DNA of 20,000 bases from assembly GCA_021432655.1 (NCBI GenBank), contig MU271398.1, forward strand, positions 48,480 through 68,479. Direction: 5' to 3'. The notes beneath the pieces were generated by a model. It saw only the letters and a list, made by a program, of their open reading frames with translations. It did not search any database and was not told where the DNA came from. Position 1 is the first letter of the stretch. Each line of letters starts with the position of its first letter. Positions 1 through 11,600 of this stretch are shown here, one piece after another. The position numbers were made by a program, and so were the translations under genes. This DNA is from Atractiella rhizophila. Taxonomy: Eukaryota.

Positions 1-404
1 AACCGAATAACCGATTGAGTACCTTCTCCGTTTCATCCGAGTCGGTCGCCTCGTCTGGAGGCAACCTGAGCTTCAACCTCCTCTCGTCTGAAGGCGTTAT
101 CGCCACCATGCACGCTTTAGACTCTTTCACCTACAGCGAATGGATCGATGGTCTCAGTCTGCTGAAGAAGGACGGAAATGGTCATATCATTACGAAGGAG
201 AGCGCTGATCTTGTGCATATTTTGACGGAAATCGGTGTGAAGATGAAGCTATTAGATTTGAGGTTAGTCCCCTACGTCATCTAAGAACAATGTTACGCTA
301 ACGCTGACCGTGGAATTAGTGGTGAGAAAGTAGAAATACCGGCGCAATTGCCAGTACCTTCCGTACCTCTGTCGTGCGACTTCTACTATGCTGATACCCC
401 TTAA
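1..404 (+). CDS. ELMO/CED-12 family protein, C-terminal PH domain and Pro-rich tail (5'-truncated by the window); exons <1..262, 320..404
   Basis: The frame is open from the window start. 'YSEWIDGLSLL...LTEIGVKMKLLDL' matches the ELMO PH C-terminus (W.DGL..L ... K.RLLDL). A 57-nt intron at 263-319 (GTTAGT...GCTGAC...TAG) gives SGEKVEIPAQLPVPSVPLSCDFYYADTP*, the typical ELMO Pro-rich/DF.Y ending. Confidence 0.88.
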
Positions 405-786
405 AAGTATCCAAAAATATTTATAGCTCAATACTGGCTGATCCCACTCGGCGCAATTTATCAATGCAAAGTGGGTGATCATTAGGATGTGATCTGAATA
501 TGTACATTTTCTGCCCAATGACAAGTGACTGCTGTCACAGACGTAATCATGGAGCAGTGTAGAGCAGTGGTAAAGCTGAGCGTGTTTCGGAGAAAGGAAG
601 AGCCAAGAGCATGAAGTTATTGGGAAGATGCTACACCAATCAGTGGAAGGTTACAGGAAGGTCGAATCCACTACTCAAGAAGATTCCTGTCAACGAAAGG
701 ATAGAATGCGTACCGCAATGACGCGGAGCTGAAGCTGGTAAAGGCTAACAGAAAATAAGTTATGGATATTGGAGCTTTGTTCAAGT

Positions 787-2277
787 TCACTTCTCAGGCA
801 AGAAGAGGCTCTCCAAGGTATTAAGATGGATATTTCTATCTGAACAGACCTCTTCGAGAGGTCTGTAATCCTTCTCGTCGAAATCGTATGTGCGGATTTT
901 CACGTCGAGCTCCTTCAGGTTTGGAAGATTGAGCCTGAGGAAGGTATTGCGGAACGCTTCTTGCCTTGTTTCTCGAGGAGGTGAAGCTAGTGATGCTTGA
1001 GGTCGAGGTTGAGGAGGACGAGGTGGGGTGCTTATTCTAGCCGGGGTTTTAGACTTCGAAGACATGGCCAACATAGAGTTGTACGATGGAGCTTGGTGTC
1101 CAGGATTCTTGAAAGCCTCGTTACTGCCCATTCCAAACGCGACAATTCGCTCTGGTATAGCTGAGAGGAGGTTGGTAATGGCTTCGCAAGGAGCCTTCTC
1201 TGTCGCTTCCCTCGTTATGTACGGCCCGTTGAGCTCGAGAACGCGAATCTTGGAAACAACAGCGAAGAGATTGAGTACATCGGCGAGTGGTGCTAAGTCA
1301 GGATTGGAGGAAGTTGCCCAGACAGAAGATTGTCCGAGACAGAACCTAAAGGTTTGCAGGTTGGACAGATCGAGCGATTGAAAGGTGGCTACGAAGGGCC
1401 TGGATGGATTGGAATATTGCGATCGTGACATCGAAAGGTTAATCTCTCGCAACCTTGGAGAGATAGGTCGGATTCTGGAGATACTCTCAAGGGTATCGAG
1501 GGCTGTATCGCATTTGTTAAAAGTGACAGAGGTCAAGTTGATGCTCGCGTCTGTCCTAAAGCAGGCGAAACCCTTGGGCCAATTCTCGCACACGAGGGAA
1601 GTGACAAAAGTCATCTCCGACAAAGCCGTGTTGACTTGATCCTTCAAGGAGGTATCGCTCCATAAATACAACGTGGGAAGTCTGATTCTAAGCTCGTATG
1701 CTTGCTTGGGACCATCTCTCTTCAAGACATCCAGGAAGCCAATGAGGTCGAATGTAGCTTGAGACGAGTTGCCAGCATCGACAATGAGGCAACGAAGGTT
1801 CTTGAGCTGTTGAAAAACTGCTTGCGCTGTAGAGCGAGTGGTAGACGCTTTTCCAGAGCCAAAGCAGCGGAAGGTCAGGTTCTTGACCAGATCCTGATTT
1901 CCCATAGCCCGTGGCTTTCCTACGCCCAAATGTGGTCCTGAGGCAGCCGACGAAGAAAGAGGAGCGGCCTTCATTTTCTTGCAAAGAGCAACAAAGTCCT
2001 TCACCTGGCTCTTTGACGCGATATTGACATTCTGCAGGAGGAGACGCTGGGCTGGACTGGTGAAATCTCGACAGACGAGACTGAGGGTCTGGAGTATGGG
2101 ATAACTTTTCATTTCGAACTTCCCACCTCGATTTTTTTGATCCGCTTCTGCCGTGGTCGATGCGTATGTTGCATAGGTGAAAATGAGGTGAAGGATCTCG
2201 TGAGGAACATCCTTGATCCCGACTCGAGGAGGAATTGTTGCTGGTGGCAAACAGCCTAGACCTTTTCGACCACCCAT
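787..2277 (-). CDS. F-box-like protein with a putative degenerate LRR/RNI-like region (~496 aa, single coding exon)
   Basis: Long uninterrupted ORF. 'IKDVPHEILHLIFTYA...LQTLSLVCRDFTSPAQRLLLQNV' is an F-box-like motif, followed by LxxLxL repeats (LKNLRCLIV, LSNLQTFRF, LPNLKELDV). ATG at 2277 was chosen because a CTGAT...TGCAG acceptor lies just upstream, suggesting a 5'UTR intron; the start is uncertain. Confidence 0.75.
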   Translation of the reverse strand: MGGRKGLGCLPPATIPPRVGIKDVPHEILHLIFTYATYASTTAEADQKNRGGKFEMKSYPILQTLSLVCRDFTSPAQRLLLQNVNIASKSQVKDFVALCKKMKAAPLSSSAASGPHLGVGKPRAMGNQDLVKNLTFRCFGSGKASTTRSTAQAVFQQLKNLRCLIVDAGNSSQATFDLIGFLDVLKRDGPKQAYELRIRLPTLYLWSDTSLKDQVNTALSEMTFVTSLVCENWPKGFACFRTDASINLTSVTFNKCDTALDTLESISRIRPISPRLREINLSMSRSQYSNPSRPFVATFQSLDLSNLQTFRFCLGQSSVWATSSNPDLAPLADVLNLFAVVSKIRVLELNGPYITREATEKAPCEAITNLLSAIPERIVAFGMGSNEAFKNPGHQAPSYNSMLAMSSKSKTPARISTPPRPPQPRPQASLASPPRETRQEAFRNTFLRLNLPNLKELDVKIRTYDFDEKDYRPLEEVCSDRNIHLNTLESLFLPEK

Positions 2278-4440
2278 AGTTGTCTGCACAACCAGCGTCA
2301 TCAGGATTCGTCTCCTTTGAACAATACGCAGAAATTCCAACCTCTAACAGCGGACGAGCAACCATGAACTCTGCGCACATCTGAGGCTGCCTCAGGCTGA
2401 AGAAAGCCATCCCACGAACTTGCTTGGCGAAGCCTGTCGCTCAAAATTCTACCCTGAATTTGTAAACGCTGAGGGCAAAAGGCTTATAACATTGATACCC
2501 AAGCGAAATGTGCTGTCGGACGTGAGACCAATTCTGTGGAAAACAACCATTCGACTCGTTCTAAATGCAATGATAACCCGAAGGATTGAGGGATGGGAGA
2601 ATTCCATGGAGGAGAAAGGACCAGGGTCAACGGTATCAGCTGCCATTCACAAACGGGAAGTGGCGGCTCCGTTAGGTCATGGAAGCCTCCCACCGTTTCC
2701 ACCCCATTCAGTCAACCGTGGGCCTGTGTGGGCCCATCTTTAGCGGAGCCATCCGGCTGCATGTTTGTGAACTCAGATCGTTCACAGCTTCAGTTCTCTG
2801 ACGTTCTCGGAAGATAAATTCAAGTTCTAGATTGTTCCAGGAGCAATTCCTGTCACTGGATTGTGGTGTTCAAATAAGACTGTATCAATCGATTATCAAA
2901 TATCAAAATGCCATGATAAATGATAAATGTAATGCACCAGCTCTCTAACTCTGACATTCAAGTAATCGAATGTCAAGTATCAACGAGATCACTTCGGAGT
3001 GTGCTCCCTCTGGGTAGTTACCCCAGCTCATTCCATCCAAGATTGTAGCAAAACCTCTGTTTCATAAGACAAAGGGCGACCCTGTAGTCAAAAAGGGGCG
3101 GGAAATAACTCAGGCACACGTTAATGCACCATAATAGAGTTACGTGAGCCACCACAATTGCTCAATTCGAGTGAGTAGCAAAACTCACGTGATCACATTC
3201 TTCCATGAGCTTTGAGCTTGGATTCCTCCTCCGATATTAGCTACCTCCTCCTACAATATTCCTACCTCCCTAACCCATACAAATCTCACAAGTGCGAAAG
3301 TGACGGCTCAAGCGCTTAAAGAGTTTGGTTGTCCTTCGGACTCCTTCCTCGCGATCTAGGGTTAGGCTGTTTCAGGTTCGTTCGTTGTTCCACTTCAGAC
3401 ATTTTATTTGGGTATTGTTCATAATATTATTGAGTATTAGATTTTAATGAAAAATTAATGAAAGGAAGGATCAGGAGGATTCGACTGAAATATACCGCAC
3501 GCTGCAATGTTTTCTGTTTTTTTGTGTGTGGTTTCATAATAAGCGGATCGGTGTAAAGTGATGTTAACTATTTTGAAAATCTCTCAATTTGTCAGGCGTG
3601 ATTTGACCACTGTGCCTGGCCTTGTTGCTTCAAAGATTTTAATAGGCTCAACAGGATATGGAAGTTATCCAAACCTGATAGTCTGAGCTGAAGGATCAAG
3701 GGGCCGTTTTGTTACATGGTGACATTGTATTCCATCTTCTGGACTCAGATGTTTGCATAGCCGCTTCTGTATCGCATGAAATGTGATTATTTCCTCGCGC
3801 AACTGTACATCTGTCAAGTGCGCTTGTTGAGACCTTTACGACAAGTTGAGCTTTTACACATGAAATGATGATAACTGCCTCTAGGAGGTAGGATATGCTG
3901 TGTATCACTCTATGAAGGATATGCAGCAGAAACATACTTGTTCTCTTTGTTTTCCCCTGAAGGCTCTCCCCTTCATGCTCAACTCACAAAAATAAGCTGA
4001 TGCAGAAGATTAGCTCACAGTCTCATGTACAGATTGACCGTTTAGGTATCATGTCAGGCTTCTGTAAAGGGTATAGACTGAGTTACTGATTCCGGACACC
4101 TCAGGTGGGTTTCCCTTTCGATAATCGAACATCTGTTTGGACGTCCTCCTCAACCGAGCTGATTGTCAATCATTCGGGAGGTTGATTTTTTTCTAGAATT
4201 TATGCCCGCGTACTATTTCTCGACTATGCATAGTGACGAGAGCGCACTGCTGCGTTTTAGAGGCAATCATAATTCTTATATCCGCATGAATTTCTGTTGA
4301 GGCTTCCTCCTTGCAGTCACGTTCCAGTGTCTTGATGTACTGGGGATCGGCTACCAGATATATATGTGGACAAGCAATGGTCAATGCTGTCTGATTCTTA
4401 CATGACACAACAAAGTTGACAACCAATGATTTAACTCTTC

Positions 4441-5544
4441 TCAGGTCCCTCCAAGCTTCTTCAGATCCCGGGCTAAAATATCCACGACCTCCTCCCACTT
4501 CCTCTTCCTTTCCTTTGCTTCCTCAACGCTTTCCTGACCCACTTCTGTCTTACTAACAAACCTATACGTCTCCGCCATTCCCTCGAACATCCTCCCACCT
4601 CCCGCCAATCCCGCATCTGAGAATGCCTTTGAAATCTCGTCCATCTCTCCATGCCACCTGAACGCCTTCGCGAGCGAGTTAGGGAAACCGTTCGAGATCC
4701 TGCTTAGAGAAGACGGGGCGTGGGAGGAAAGAGCGGAGGAAAGGGACGGCAATACGTCGTATTTCGATGCTAGGAGGGCAGCATTTACCCTACATCACGA
4801 TACAAGCAGAGAGTCGTCAGCGATGAAATATAGAAAGCTGGCGCACGTCTGACTGACGCAGAAGGTACGGACTCACCCTATAGCCAGGAACCCTTTCGAC
4901 ATACAAGCAAACGCCAGCTTAGTTGCACTCGCCTGCCCATTTCTGTCTCCCACCACCTCAATACTCTCCCCAAAGCCAGACAAGAGAAGTTCGACCTCCT
5001 TCGCCTTCTCTCCCGAAATGACGAGCAGAGGGCAAGATCCTTCTTTCCCCTCTGCCTTTTCAGGGACGGTGGCGGGACCCCCGATGATGCCTCCATCTAC
5101 GAAAGCAATCGAGGTATCCGCAAAACACCTCTCCGCCTCCTCAGCTGTCGATGGAGCGATCGCATTGAGATCAACGAAATATTTCGTCCTCACTTTCTCC
5201 GCACCTATCTCTTTTGCAATTGCACCGAATTTCTGTGCCGTTGGAAGCGCTTGCTCGTTCACCAGAACGCTGAGGACGACATCACACTTCTTCAGGATCT
5301 CAGCGTCGTCGGACAGATCGATGAGTGATCCTTGATCGACGAGACCAGAGCAGAGCGAACGAGTGCGTGCAGAACGGGAGGAGAGGTTGGTGTATGCTTT
5401 CAAAGGGGGAGAATGGGAAGAGAGGAGGTAGGCTATCAACGAGGTGCCCTGAGAAGCGAGACGTCAGATTTGAAATAATGGGAAAGTGAAGCCATGGAAC
5501 TCGACCATTGAGCCTGGATAAAGAATCCCAACAGTGTAAGACAT
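4441..5544 (-). CDS. NAD(P)-binding 6-phosphogluconate/3-hydroxyisobutyrate dehydrogenase-like protein with DUF1932-type C-terminus (~319 aa); exons 5544-5506, 5448-4877, 4789-4441
   Basis: The spliced N-terminus MSYTVGILYPGSMG is a Rossmann motif. Family motifs FVDLNAIAP, FVDGGIIGGP, GQASATKLAFACMSKG and KAFRWHGEMDEI are present. Two introns (57 and 87 nt) with CTGAC branch sites join the frames, and the total of 960 nt is in frame. Confidence 0.88.
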
Positions 5545-6278
5545 TTTAGAGTAGTTATGTCTAGGTGAGTACGGGACAGCTTTTGGTCCTTCATGCAATT
5601 TTCATGGACGACGTTGATACAGTCATTCCAATCAAGGTGAGATGAGTAAGACTCCGCAACCCTGGGACTATTCTTGGACTCCATTTCGAAGCAAAGCCTG
5701 AAGAGCCTGCTTTGAGCGCTTGAGTGACAGCTTGCTGTGTCCAACACGTCCACATTTGTTACCGGGAGCAGTGATGGGGAGAAGAACAAAGGCGGATTGG
5801 CGGATTGGATACTCCACAAGTGTGGTGAAACAGGACTCGGCCGGAACAATACACAGCAGAGAAGTTGACGAGCAAGCAAGTCAAGGCAGGCGGGATGGAA
5901 GAAGGGACAGTTGAAGGTTTCGATGGTGCGTAGCCCAGTTGTGGATGGGAGAGGTAGAAGACGTTCTTTGGAATCTTCAAGTCGCGTTCTGTTTTCTTGT
6001 TTTCGAGTTGGCGACGGGCCATCTTTACAAAAAAGACATGGATTCCAACACGTCTATACTCCTGAGGATAGTAGGTATACAGAACAATACTTCCATTTCC
6101 ACTTTGACTAAATGGTGTTGTGTTGCGAATTCACAAAAAACGAAGCGAAATAACGAAGAATCAACCTTCAAGTTATGAGCACTAAAATGCTGATATAGAT
6201 GGATAAAATGTGAGCACTGAACACTGATTGTTTGGACAACATTTATCTATAGACGGAACGAATGATGGTTCCGTCTCC

Positions 6279-7546
6279 TTAACGCGTTGAACGAGAATCG
6301 AGGGTTGGCGGGAGCGTGAGCGTTGGGCGGGCTGGGTTACGTTCGAGCTCTGTGATGCGTTGAAGCAGTGTTTGAATGTAACGATTTTGCTGTTCCGTTC
6401 TCACTCTTGAGCTTCCAGTGATAACGGAAGCATGAGAAGAGAGACAGACCTGCTTTAAATCGTCCTCTAATTTATCGTTTCTGAGCATGAGGGCTCTATT
6501 CTCGCTTCTCATACGCTCCAGATCCGTGTAAACACGGCTCTTGAATGTTTCGACTGCCCTCTATTTAGCATCGTGCCAAGTTCAGTCATCCATAATTGGA
6601 GACGAGAAAGGACACAGACCTGCAGTTCGACGGAGGGACTGACATCCCGGTCCCTCGACCGTTCGTCGTCCATAGACAGTTTGGGACGGACGTCTCGATA
6701 GAGATCCGTCGAATTGTGCAGCTTTGGCAACTGGAGTCTAGTTGGCGCATCGAAAGCGGGCCGCGGAGCCTATGAATATTAAAGGAGATTGAGTGGAAAG
6801 CTAGCGGAGAGAAAGGAAGCTTGGATGAAAGGGAAAAAGGGAGATTGAGCGTAGCTCACCTCGTACCCTGGCGGAGTTCGCTTTCTCTTCAGGTCGTAGA
6901 GTGGAGGGCTGGATGTGGCATGTGTTGGTGCGCCGGCATGAGAGTAGGGAAGTTCATCTCTCTCCCTCATAGGAGGGAGAGGAGTTCGTATATCATTGGG
7001 AGAGATAGAGAGTTGGTGAGGAGGCGCATGGCTTGTCCCAATTCCCACGATGACCGTTGTGCTCGTCGGGCTCCTACCTCCACTAGTACCATCTTCGGTT
7101 GTCACTTGCATGGAGGATCCATCTTCGCCGAATGTCCCACGACGGTTGGCAGACTTTTTTGCCCTATCTGTCTTTTTCTTTAGTCGCGAGGCTTTGCACG
7201 TCAAATAGTTCCCTCCGAATTCCTCTGCCACGTGTTAAAAAGTTCTGAGGTCAGTAAAGATTTAGAGAAAAGTGGGGATGGGGAGGGGGAAACAAAGGAA
7301 GTAAATGCACCTATCGGGTGACCTGCTTTGTGGTGACTATTTGAAAGAGAAAGGTCAATATTTCGTAACAAAACGAGATGGGACAGCGCCGACGAACCTG
7401 CAGTACCTCTCTCCAGGCTGTAGATGAGTCTTTTCATACTCCTCCCTCGCTGTGACGGCAGAGGCGATATTGAGAGGAGGCTGAGAGGTCCCTCGTGCTG
7501 AAGAGCTGTCTTCTTCTGACATTCTTCGCTCGTTCGTGTCGCTCAT
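6279..7546 (-). CDS. Hypothetical protein (~303 aa): N-terminal Cys/His knuckle, basic NLS-like stretches, C-terminal coiled coil; exons 7546-7398, 7336-7311, 7224-6860, 6769-6620, 6560-6450, 6389-6279
   Basis: Five GT-AG introns of 59-90 nt link four track ORF fragments into one 912-nt frame. It contains YCSHHKAGHPIEEFGGNYLTCKASRLKKK, LKRKR and the heptad-like LERMRSENRALMLRNDKLEDDLKQQNRYIQTLLQRITELE. The start could also be 7522. Confidence 0.72.
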
Positions 7547-8607
7547 GTGGGAAGATGGTCGAAGATGAAAATATCCTTGAACGGCTTGGGGTTGCGTTCC
7601 GCCGACCGATTCGAATTTGACGGCGCTCAAGCCTTTGGCTTTAGTAGAAGACGCCTGCACGATCCTTTTAACCGTGATAAAGAAGCGAGGCTCCTTCGAA
7701 CCCAGGTTGAAGGTGGCCACAGAATGAGCTGGTGGATGTAAGAGGGATTATGAACCGTTGGACGTGTGTGTCTGCCTAAAAGGCATTCGCGTGAAGAAGC
7801 TTAGAGTTGGATGGAAGAACTGTCCGAAAGTCCATGACATGATGGCTTGGGTTCAGTTCGACATTACCCAAAGTGCTTTCCACGGCGGGGAGTTCCGTGA
7901 CGGCTCCGTCGGCTATTCCCTCCCCTTTCAATCAGATCTCAGCATCTTCCCGAAATTGCGTTCGCCCTATTCAGCCTTGCGACTTTGACGAATTTGCTTC
8001 CACAGTCCACAGCATTCTCACGTTTAAGTCTAATCGTACGTAGGCTCAGTACGAGCATCCTGACGCCTTACAGGCTCACTCAGAATTATTCCACCTACTG
8101 TACTGTCAACGCGTTGAACACTTGCAACACCCCACGCGCTTTTACGCTCAAGCTCGCCGCACATGCTCCTTGCCGGCTTCAGCTCCCGGAAAGCTTGCGA
8201 CCTCGAGGAGTAGATGAACGGTAATGAAGGAAACGTTGTCGCGCAATATGGAGATGGTAATTAGGGCAGGATCTGGTTAATCCTTGCATAGATAGCATGG
8301 GAAGAATGGAACGGTATTACTCCCCGGTCATGAAAGAGGTCGGGAGGGAAACGTCGGTGGACATTACCTTGGACATTACCTTGTAGCGGTCGGAGGACTG
8401 ATGGTGGAGAACTACTGCACATGAATTGAAGCCCAAGATGGTCCATTCCATGTGCTAAACAGTGGAATGACTGGATACGTATTACATCATACATCTGGAA
8501 GCAAGCCAAAGGGATAGATTCAATTTGGGTCACACACACATTACTTTTATGAAAGTCAATGACATGAGTAAACGAAGCAAAGAGCTGACTTGGAAGGATC
8601 ATTCGGA

Positions 8608-11600
8608 TCAATCGTACAGCAATAATTTCCCAAGCAAGGCTCTTGGGGTGGCAGCATGTAAGTTAGTGAGCTCTTTGAAGTGAACCATATCCACAGGACG
8701 GATCAGCTTCAAAAAGACATGTCGTTGATCGTGGGAGATCTTTTCGTTTTGCAGACAATCATAGCACTGCACAGCATTACATAACGTCGTCAATATTGTC
8801 CTGTAGGTGTGAAAAGAGAGGACGGAAAGTAATGAATTAGAGAACCCACCAGGTCGTAGCACCCAGCGCAACACGCGCAACACATCCAAGCCCCCTTTAT
8901 TGACTTCATGCAGAAATCGCTATTCCCACATCAAGCACATCAAACTCTAATCCTCAACCAGATGAAAGAAAAAGGGGTTGGAGCGGATAAGGTATCCCGA
9001 CACACCAGATGACAGCCTTGTGCATGATTTCCTCTTCTTGCGAACCACCGATGCTGTTGAAAGTCCTCAACTCAATGGCGGATCGATCATCTCTCCCTCC
9101 AGCTCCGTTGGAACCCCCAACGCCGCTTCCTGCCTGGCTCCCCCTGTCCCTCGACGAAAACTGTCTCACACTCGATCCTCCATCGGATCCTGAACCGATT
9201 GTTTGTTGATACAAGATTGGTAAAAGACGTGGAAGCCTCGGCAGGGGTCGTTCGAGGGGTCGTGGTAGGCGGAGGAAGGCGTGCAGGGGATCATGAATGA
9301 TCTGCGAGCTCTTCTCGCAATCCTCACAAAGGTTGTAAGAAGGGTCGGTCGAACAGTTAGCGCACAACCACCTCATCCCAACAATCGCACGATCGCACCC
9401 ATTACAAAGCACATCATCGTGCACGAACACGCTGTCTCCTTCCCCAGGCCTTCTGAACGTCATAGGCTCCAGCGCCAATGCGGCGGACACCTGTCCGTTA
9501 TTCATCCCACCCGCATTAATGAGGTAAACTGGTGGGGGAGGTGGAGGACCATGATGCCTTCGATGAGGCGGTGGATGATGTCCCCAGAAATGGTGTGGAG
9601 GACCAAAGGGTGGGCCATGACCATAGGGGAAATCGTGGAACCTGAAATCTGGTCGTTCTCTTCGTTCAAGGTCCCATCTCTCCCTCTCTTCCCAGCCTCC
9701 GCCGCGACGCCTCCTAGAAGAAGAAGCGGAGTCATCATCCCGTCCCCCTTCCGTGAGTCGACGTGCGCGATCGTTAGCTTCTGCTAATGCTTCTGGTTCC
9801 ACTGGAACTATTATCTTGAGCAGAATGTGTGTTTGATCATGATATCCATCCGGAGACGAGATCGGAGGGCTAATGGACTCGCATTTGGCACAGAGATCGA
9901 AAGAAGGGCAAACTGCGCAATGAAACCTGTCATCGTTCATCAACCAATGACTCCTTTTCGCTTCACTGATGCAAGCATAAGACATACCGAGGACCAACAA
10001 TTTCTGCCAAACACCCAAAGCACATAACATCGACATGTTTCTGCGGTCCACTGAGGGGCATGACGGGCAATTCCGACCTTCCATTCCTCTCATACACTCC
10101 TGTGGAGCTCCCGCTACCACTTCCAGAGGATGAGAAACTAGCATCCGGGCTACCCCTGATCCCTCTAGCGCGCAGTATCGCTTCTCTAAACTGCTCCGAC
10201 GTGACGCTCTGAGAGTCCACAGTGGAAGAAGCTTCTCCAGGACCAGATGGCGAAAGCTCGACGAAACGAGGTGGTGGTGCCGGACGATCTGGTACTGCGA
10301 GGAAGGCATGTACTGGGTGAATGTCCTCGATAGCCAAACACCCAAAGCACATAACATCGACATGTTTCTGCGGTCCACTGAGGGGCATGACTGGCAATTC
10401 CGATCTTCCATTCCTCTCATACACTCCTGTGGAGCTCCCGCTACCACTCCCAGAGGACGAGAAACTAGCATCCGGGCTACCCCTGATCCCTCTAGCGCGC
10501 AGTATCGCTTCTCTGAACTGCTCTGACGTGACGCTCTGAGAGTCCACAGTGGAAGAAGCTTCTCCGGGACCAGATGGTGAAAGCTCGACGAAACGAGGTG
10601 GTGGTGCCGGACGATCGGGTACTGCGAGGAAGGCATGTACTGGGTGAATGTCCTCGATGCGTCGATAACAATTAAGGCAGAGTTCAAATTTAGGACACGA
10701 AAGGCCTATCCACCTTCATTAGAGCAGAGGACAGAGGGCAGTAAAGAAAGAGAAACGCACATTTGAAACGGTTGTGAAGTATAGGCCCAGTTCCACAAAT
10801 GGAACACCTAACGACATCCGCATACTCCACCTCCCTCCACTCTCCCTCTTCACTCTTCATGACCTCTCCAAACACATGTCTCAACACGCTACCCCTCCCA
10901 CTTCCACTAATCACGCTTCCTTCTCCCTCATCCACCCCATTCGCCGAAGCTCCCGAACTGCTGCCAGAAGAGCTCTTCTCCTTCTCAGCGCATGCAAGCG
11001 CATGCTTCAGACCCTCGCTCTCGATACACATCGCGCACAGCTCGTATCCTCCAGTCACCAATCCTCCTTCTCCCGCTTCATCCAACGTCTCGAAATCCCT
11101 TCTCAGATCCCTAGAAGCTAACTCCGACCCATCCTCAATGTGCACAGGGATAACGTGCACGCCAGGTTGTAAAGGTCCTTGCTCCGGCACATGAACGACC
11201 TTAGGGTACTCTTCCCTGGTCGTCCCCACCTCTTCATCATCGTCCTCATCTTCGTCCTTCGGAAGAAGTGGACCGCACGACGTACACACGTACCGAATCT
11301 GTTCCATATTATTCTTACAATTCGAGCATCGCAACAAATAGTTCGGTAAACTCGACAGATGAGATTTGGACAGCAACGATCTCCTCTCCAGCCTGTCCGT
11401 GGCAGACGAAGGTTCCTCCGTGACCGCTATCTCGACCTCAAACTCTTCTTCAGGGGCAGACTGAGGCCCCAAAGGAAGAGAGTTCTGTCTCGACGAAATG
11501 GTGCTACCATTGTCAGCGGTGAGGGCAGGGGTCCTTCCCGTTCCCGTCGAATGGGTGATAGAATAATCGAACGATATCGGGCTGACGCTTCGTTTCCCCT

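Noticed and set aside
556..680. tRNA-like fragments (TAGAGCAGTGGTAAAGC; GGTCGAATCC)
   Set aside because: The D-stem is imperfect, TTC is missing, the spacing is ~100 nt and there is no acceptor stem.
2420..2817. Overlapping short ORFs upstream of the F-box gene
   Set aside because: Mostly non-ATG starts, no motifs and no coherent splice model.
3256..3293. snR30/U17-like m1 (ATATTCCTA), AACCCAT and ACA
   Set aside because: m2 is mismatched, only 7 unpaired nt separate the motifs, and there is no enclosing hairpin or H box.
3940..4100. Sm-site-like ATTTTTG on the - strand (~3986-3992) suggesting an snRNA
   Set aside because: No U1, U2, U4 or U5 signature sequence lies nearby.
5720..6178. Short ORFs between the dehydrogenase-like and coiled-coil genes
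   Set aside because: No recognisable motif or exon chain; the position fits promoter and terminator DNA.
8359..8382. 12-bp tandem repeat GGACATTACCTT x2
   Set aside because: Only two copies with no spacer; a simple slippage duplication, not CRISPR-like.
9927..10687. N-terminal half of track ORF 8954..10687 as real protein
   Set aside because: It is a shadow frame: the copy differences are non-synonymous in it, and the ZZ motifs and splice phases fit the other frame.
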